A stretch of DNA of 64,000 nt from Peptococcia bacterium (GTDB lineage: Bacteria; Bacillota; Peptococcia; Peptococcales; SKKY01): NCBI GenBank assembly GCA_965228015.1, contig OZ245787.1, positions 446,938-510,937 on the forward strand, given 5' to 3'. The notes beneath the pieces are model-generated. The model did not search any database. It saw nothing but the letters and a program-made list of their open reading frames with translations, and was not told the DNA's origin. The translations under genes and the position numbers were made by a program. This document shows positions 61,173 through 64,000 of the stretch, one piece after another; within the stretch, counting starts at the first letter, position 1, and each line of letters begins with the position of its first letter.

Positions 61173-61756
61173 ATCCCTATTTTATCGTATACTTTACGTG
61201 TCACATTTCTTATATCTGCAAATTCCATTAATTTTGATATATTCTTCTTTGGATCATTTATATATCCCTGAATGGCTTTATTAAAGAGTTCAATTTCCAT
61301 TTTATTTTCATATACAAGGCAATCACAAATCAGGCGATCTCTACTGTATATTTTTACTTTTGCATTTTCGATAATTATCTCTTCAACTCCCAGTTCCAAT
61401 AGTTTTTTCTCTATAAAATACGGCTTAATAAAGGGGTAATCTAGTTTTACTTTTGATTTTGATATATCTTTATTAACTGCAATATGCCATTCCACCGGCG
61501 TCCTGTCACTATATCCATAGTAAAAAAGTGCGGAATCAAAACACAATACACCCTCTGGTAGTAGAATTGAAATAAGTTTAATATCACTAATATCATCAAT
61601 TGCTAATTTAAAATAACCTTTTGCAACTCTTTCCAATACTTGATTTTCTATCAACTTTTTTAATTCGTACTTGGACACACCATTATCATAGAGTTCTCTG
61701 GTCTTCATAATGCCATTATAGCTTTTAAAAAAACTTTTTAGATTGCAGGTATCCAT
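61163..61756 (-). CDS. abiEi: AbiEi-family antitoxin/transcriptional regulator
   Basis: 197 aa. N-terminal wHTH of the GIMKTRELYDNGVSKYELKKLIENQVLERVAKGYF type. It sits immediately upstream of the toxin. Confidence 0.7.
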   Translation of the reverse strand: MDTCNLKSFFKSYNGIMKTRELYDNGVSKYELKKLIENQVLERVAKGYFKLAIDDISDIKLISILLPEGVLCFDSALFYYGYSDRTPVEWHIAVNKDISKSKVKLDYPFIKPYFIEKKLLELGVEEIIIENAKVKIYSRDRLICDCLVYENKMEIELFNKAIQGYINDPKKNISKLMEFADIRNVTRKVYDKIGMWL

Positions 61757-61780
61757 AATTCAACCCTCCATTCATCAATC

Positions 61781-61883
61781 TTGCCGCTTTGCAGGATAAA
61801 AGGCGGCATCTTAGACTAATAATATCACATTTTCAATATTTGCTAAAATGCCGCTTCGGTAATATAAAAGCGGCATAACAGAC
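61781..61883 (-). promoter_or_regulatory. abiE promoter flanked by two 36-nt GC-rich inverted-repeat units
   Basis: R1 at 61781-61816 is TTGCCGCTTtgcaggataaaagGCGGCATcttAGAC. R2 at 61848-61883 is ATGCCGCTTcggtaatataaaaGCGGCATaacAGAC. Between them on the minus strand lies TTAGCA-16-TGaTATTAT. Confidence 0.55.
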
Positions 61884-61995
61884 TACAAAAATAAAAAAAT
61901 ATAACCATATTTGACATTTAATCATTTATGATACCGTACCCGTGGTTCCTTAATATTTAAAAAGTTCTTTAGTTGGAAAAATGTGCTTTTATATT

Positions 61996-62199
61996 TTATA
62001 ACTTTTCTGCTAATATTTCTTGTTTGTAAACTATTGCCCCCATAATGTTGGGTTTATAGTCTTTATTCATTTGAATACGATATGTTACTTTCTGACTATA
62101 ATATCTTTCATACATATCCTGATAGACTATAATAAAACTCAACTGTAATTCAGATCTTTTACCTGATTTACTTGAAATAAAATCTTTATACTCTCGCAA
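61996..62199 (-). CDS. hypothetical small protein (possibly a gene remnant)
   Basis: 67 codons from a TTG, with no RBS. The nearest ATG (about 62207) is in another frame. Confidence 0.25.
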   Translation of the reverse strand: MREYKDFISSKSGKRSELQLSFIIVYQDMYERYYSQKVTYRIQMNKDYKPNIMGAIVYKQEILAEKL

Positions 62200-62228
62200 G
62201 AATTCATCTGGTAAGTTGGATTATGTCC

Positions 62229-62708
62229 TTACTTATGATAAGCTTCTCCTCTGTTAATTTTGAATCCTCTATATATCTGCTCCAACAATATTACCCTCAT
62301 TAGTTGATGGGGAAAAGTCATCTTGGAAAAGGACAACTTGAAATTCGCTTTTTTCCTCACATCTTCTGAAACCCCATTAGACCCACCAATAACAAATACC
62401 AAATTACTATCCCCTGATAATGAAAGCTCTGCAAGTTTTCCTGCTAAGTCTTCTGAAGAAATAAGCTTCCCTTCAACATCTAAAAGAATTACATATTCCC
62501 GTTCTTTTATCTTATCTAAAATCTTATTTCCTTCTTTATTCTTTATAATCTCAATATCTTTATCACTTGCATTATCTGGCTCTTTTTCATCGGCGATTTT
62601 AATAATTTCTACCTTTGCGTAAGCACTAAGTCTTTTCACATATTCATTAACAGCATCTTTTAAATATTTTTCTTTAAGTTTGCCCACAGCAATTATTTTT
62701 ATATTCAT
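62229..62708 (-). CDS. rlmH: 23S rRNA (pseudouridine1915-N3)-methyltransferase RlmH
   Basis: [58 protein letters not shown]. Confidence 0.9.
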   Translation of the reverse strand: MNIKIIAVGKLKEKYLKDAVNEYVKRLSAYAKVEIIKIADEKEPDNASDKDIEIIKNKEGNKILDKIKEREYVILLDVEGKLISSEDLAGKLAELSLSGDSNLVFVIGGSNGVSEDVRKKANFKLSFSKMTFPHQLMRVILLEQIYRGFKINRGEAYHK

Positions 62709-62782
62709 TATTTTCTATTCCTTTTTATATGTTTTATTTATTATAATCTATTTATATGCTACATAACAGGAGACGAAACATT

Positions 62783-63562
62783 ATGATAATTGATGCAAAA
62801 AATATTTCTGAAATAAGAAAATCAAAATATATATTAAAAGATGTAAGCTGGAGTGTAAAAAAGTGAGTATTGGGCTATTTTAGGTTTGAACGGTTCAGGT
62901 AAAACAACTTTACTTAATATGATTAACGGATATATTTTCCCATCTCAGGGGGAACTTACAGTGTTGGGAAAAACCTTTGGAAATATGATTTAAGAGAACT
63001 TAGAAAATCTATCGGCTGGGTTAGTACAGCTTTACAGGAAAGATTGTATGGCAGGGATACTGCTTTGGAAATTATATTAAGCGGAAAATTTGCCACAATT
63101 GGTTTATATGACAATATTACTGATGAAGATATTAAAAAAGCTGAAGAAATTCTGGAAAGTCTTTCCAGCGCTCAGTTCTCATCAAGAATTTATAATACCC
63201 TGTCTCAAGGTGAAAAACAGAGAATTTTAATCGGCAGGGCTCTTATGGCAGAACCTGAACTTTTGATTCTTGATGAACCATGCACTGGTCTGGATATTTT
63301 TTCAAAAGAGCAGTTACTTTCAAACATTGAAAACATTAGTAAAAAGAAAAGCTCCCCCGCGCTTATTTATATTACTCACAGAACAGAAGAAATATTTCCT
63401 GTCTTTGAGAAAACACTATTATTGCGCAGAGGAGAGGTTCATTCCTATGGTAATACCAGTGAAATGTTCAATGAAAATAATTTAAGTGATTTTTTTGAAA
63501 CAAAAGTTATATCAAAGAAAATTAATAATCGTTATTCTTTAGAAATACCTTCACTTTTTTAA
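62783..63562 (+). pseudogene. ABC transporter ATP-binding protein (ModF/YlmA-like), two frameshifts in the 5' third
   Basis: MIIDAKNISEIRKSKYILKDVSWSVKK / EYWAILGLNGSGKTTLLNMINGYIFPSQGELTVLGKTFG / KYDLRELRKSIGWVS.. then ORF 63044-63562 (LSQGEKQRILIGRAL, LILDEP). Confidence 0.7.
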
Positions 63563-63985
63563 ACAAGTAATTTTTGATTCCCCAATAACTTTTATTCCAT
63601 TTTTAATTAATAAGTCTGCGGTGATGCCATTGCCTTCAATTATTTTACCCGAAAAAGTCCCATTATATATTTTCCCGCAGCCGCAGGAAGGACTTCTTTC
63701 TTTTAAAATTGCATATTCACAGCCAAACATCTTGGCAATTTTGAGGGTTTCTTCTGCACCTTTTTTAAACTCAAAGGTCACATCCCTGCCTTCTTTATTT
63801 AATACTTTACCTCCAGCAATTTCACTTGGTGGTCTTGGGGTTTCCAGACCTCCAAGTTGTTCGGGACAAACCGGAATAAAACAGTAGGAGTCTTTTACCT
63901 CTATAATATTTTCATCAGCCTGTTCACTTCCATCATACCTTGAGTTAATTCCAAGCAAGCAAGAGCTCACTAATACTCTCCTCAT
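63551..63985 (-). CDS. DUF523 (YbbK/TudS-like) protein
   Basis: MRRVLVSSCLLG..RYDG..PVCPEQLGGLETPRPP..ERSPSCG. Confidence 0.7.
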   Translation of the reverse strand: MRRVLVSSCLLGINSRYDGSEQADENIIEVKDSYCFIPVCPEQLGGLETPRPPSEIAGGKVLNKEGRDVTFEFKKGAEETLKIAKMFGCEYAILKERSPSCGCGKIYNGTFSGKIIEGNGITADLLIKNGIKVIGESKITCLKK

Positions 63986-64000
63986 TCCCAGCACTCCAAT

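Noticed and set aside
1-64000. Scanned for CRISPR arrays, tRNA/rRNA genes, group II introns, and prophage or integrase signatures.
   Set aside because: None was seen. The only long repeats are the three IS3-family copies. No intergenic region exceeds about 280 nt.

Overview
This is a visibly AT-rich chromosomal segment from a low-GC Gram-positive anaerobe. It looks Clostridia-like: spoVS, rny-ymdB, recA-recX, addAB, nrdDG and the anaerobic cbi pathway are all present. Nearly every gene is on the minus strand.

Content in window order:
- anaerobic cobalamin (cbi/cob) operon
- PHP phosphoesterase
- spoVS-ymdB-rny
- IS3-family copy 1, abutting a truncated ISLre2-type transposase
- recX-recA
- an ABC permease split by IS3 copy 2, with its binding-protein remnant
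- a large surface-protein remnant
- two osmoprotectant ABC systems (OpuC-like broken, OpuA-like intact)
- nrdG/nrdD
- cbiK, azlCD and addAB
- a two-component system and an Lrp regulator
- LemA-DUF2207
- a GGDEF/HD-GYP gene and an Fe-ADH
- an intact block: NifX-like / MinD-ferredoxin ATPase / DUF134 / DUF5320
- an intact block: DUF1538 x2 plus a tandem P-II protein
- a DegV gene split by IS3 copy 3
- haem-binding-type genes, a DASS transporter, LysR and a PLD-type gene
- an AbiE (AbiEi/AbiEii) module
- rlmH, an ABC ATPase and a DUF523 gene

The dominant signal is gene decay. About two dozen genes are interrupted by A/T-run indels, by in-frame stop codons created by substitution, by a 10-bp tandem duplication, or by IS insertion. 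Neighbouring housekeeping genes stay open, including 6.9 kb of addAB that carries the same kinds of homopolymer.

The best candidates for uncharacterised biology are the two intact conserved-but-unstudied blocks at 47983-53137, one of which has a striking palindromic operator. The AbiE operon also has two GC-rich operator-like repeats.

All protein names come from motif recognition by eye. No searches were run.
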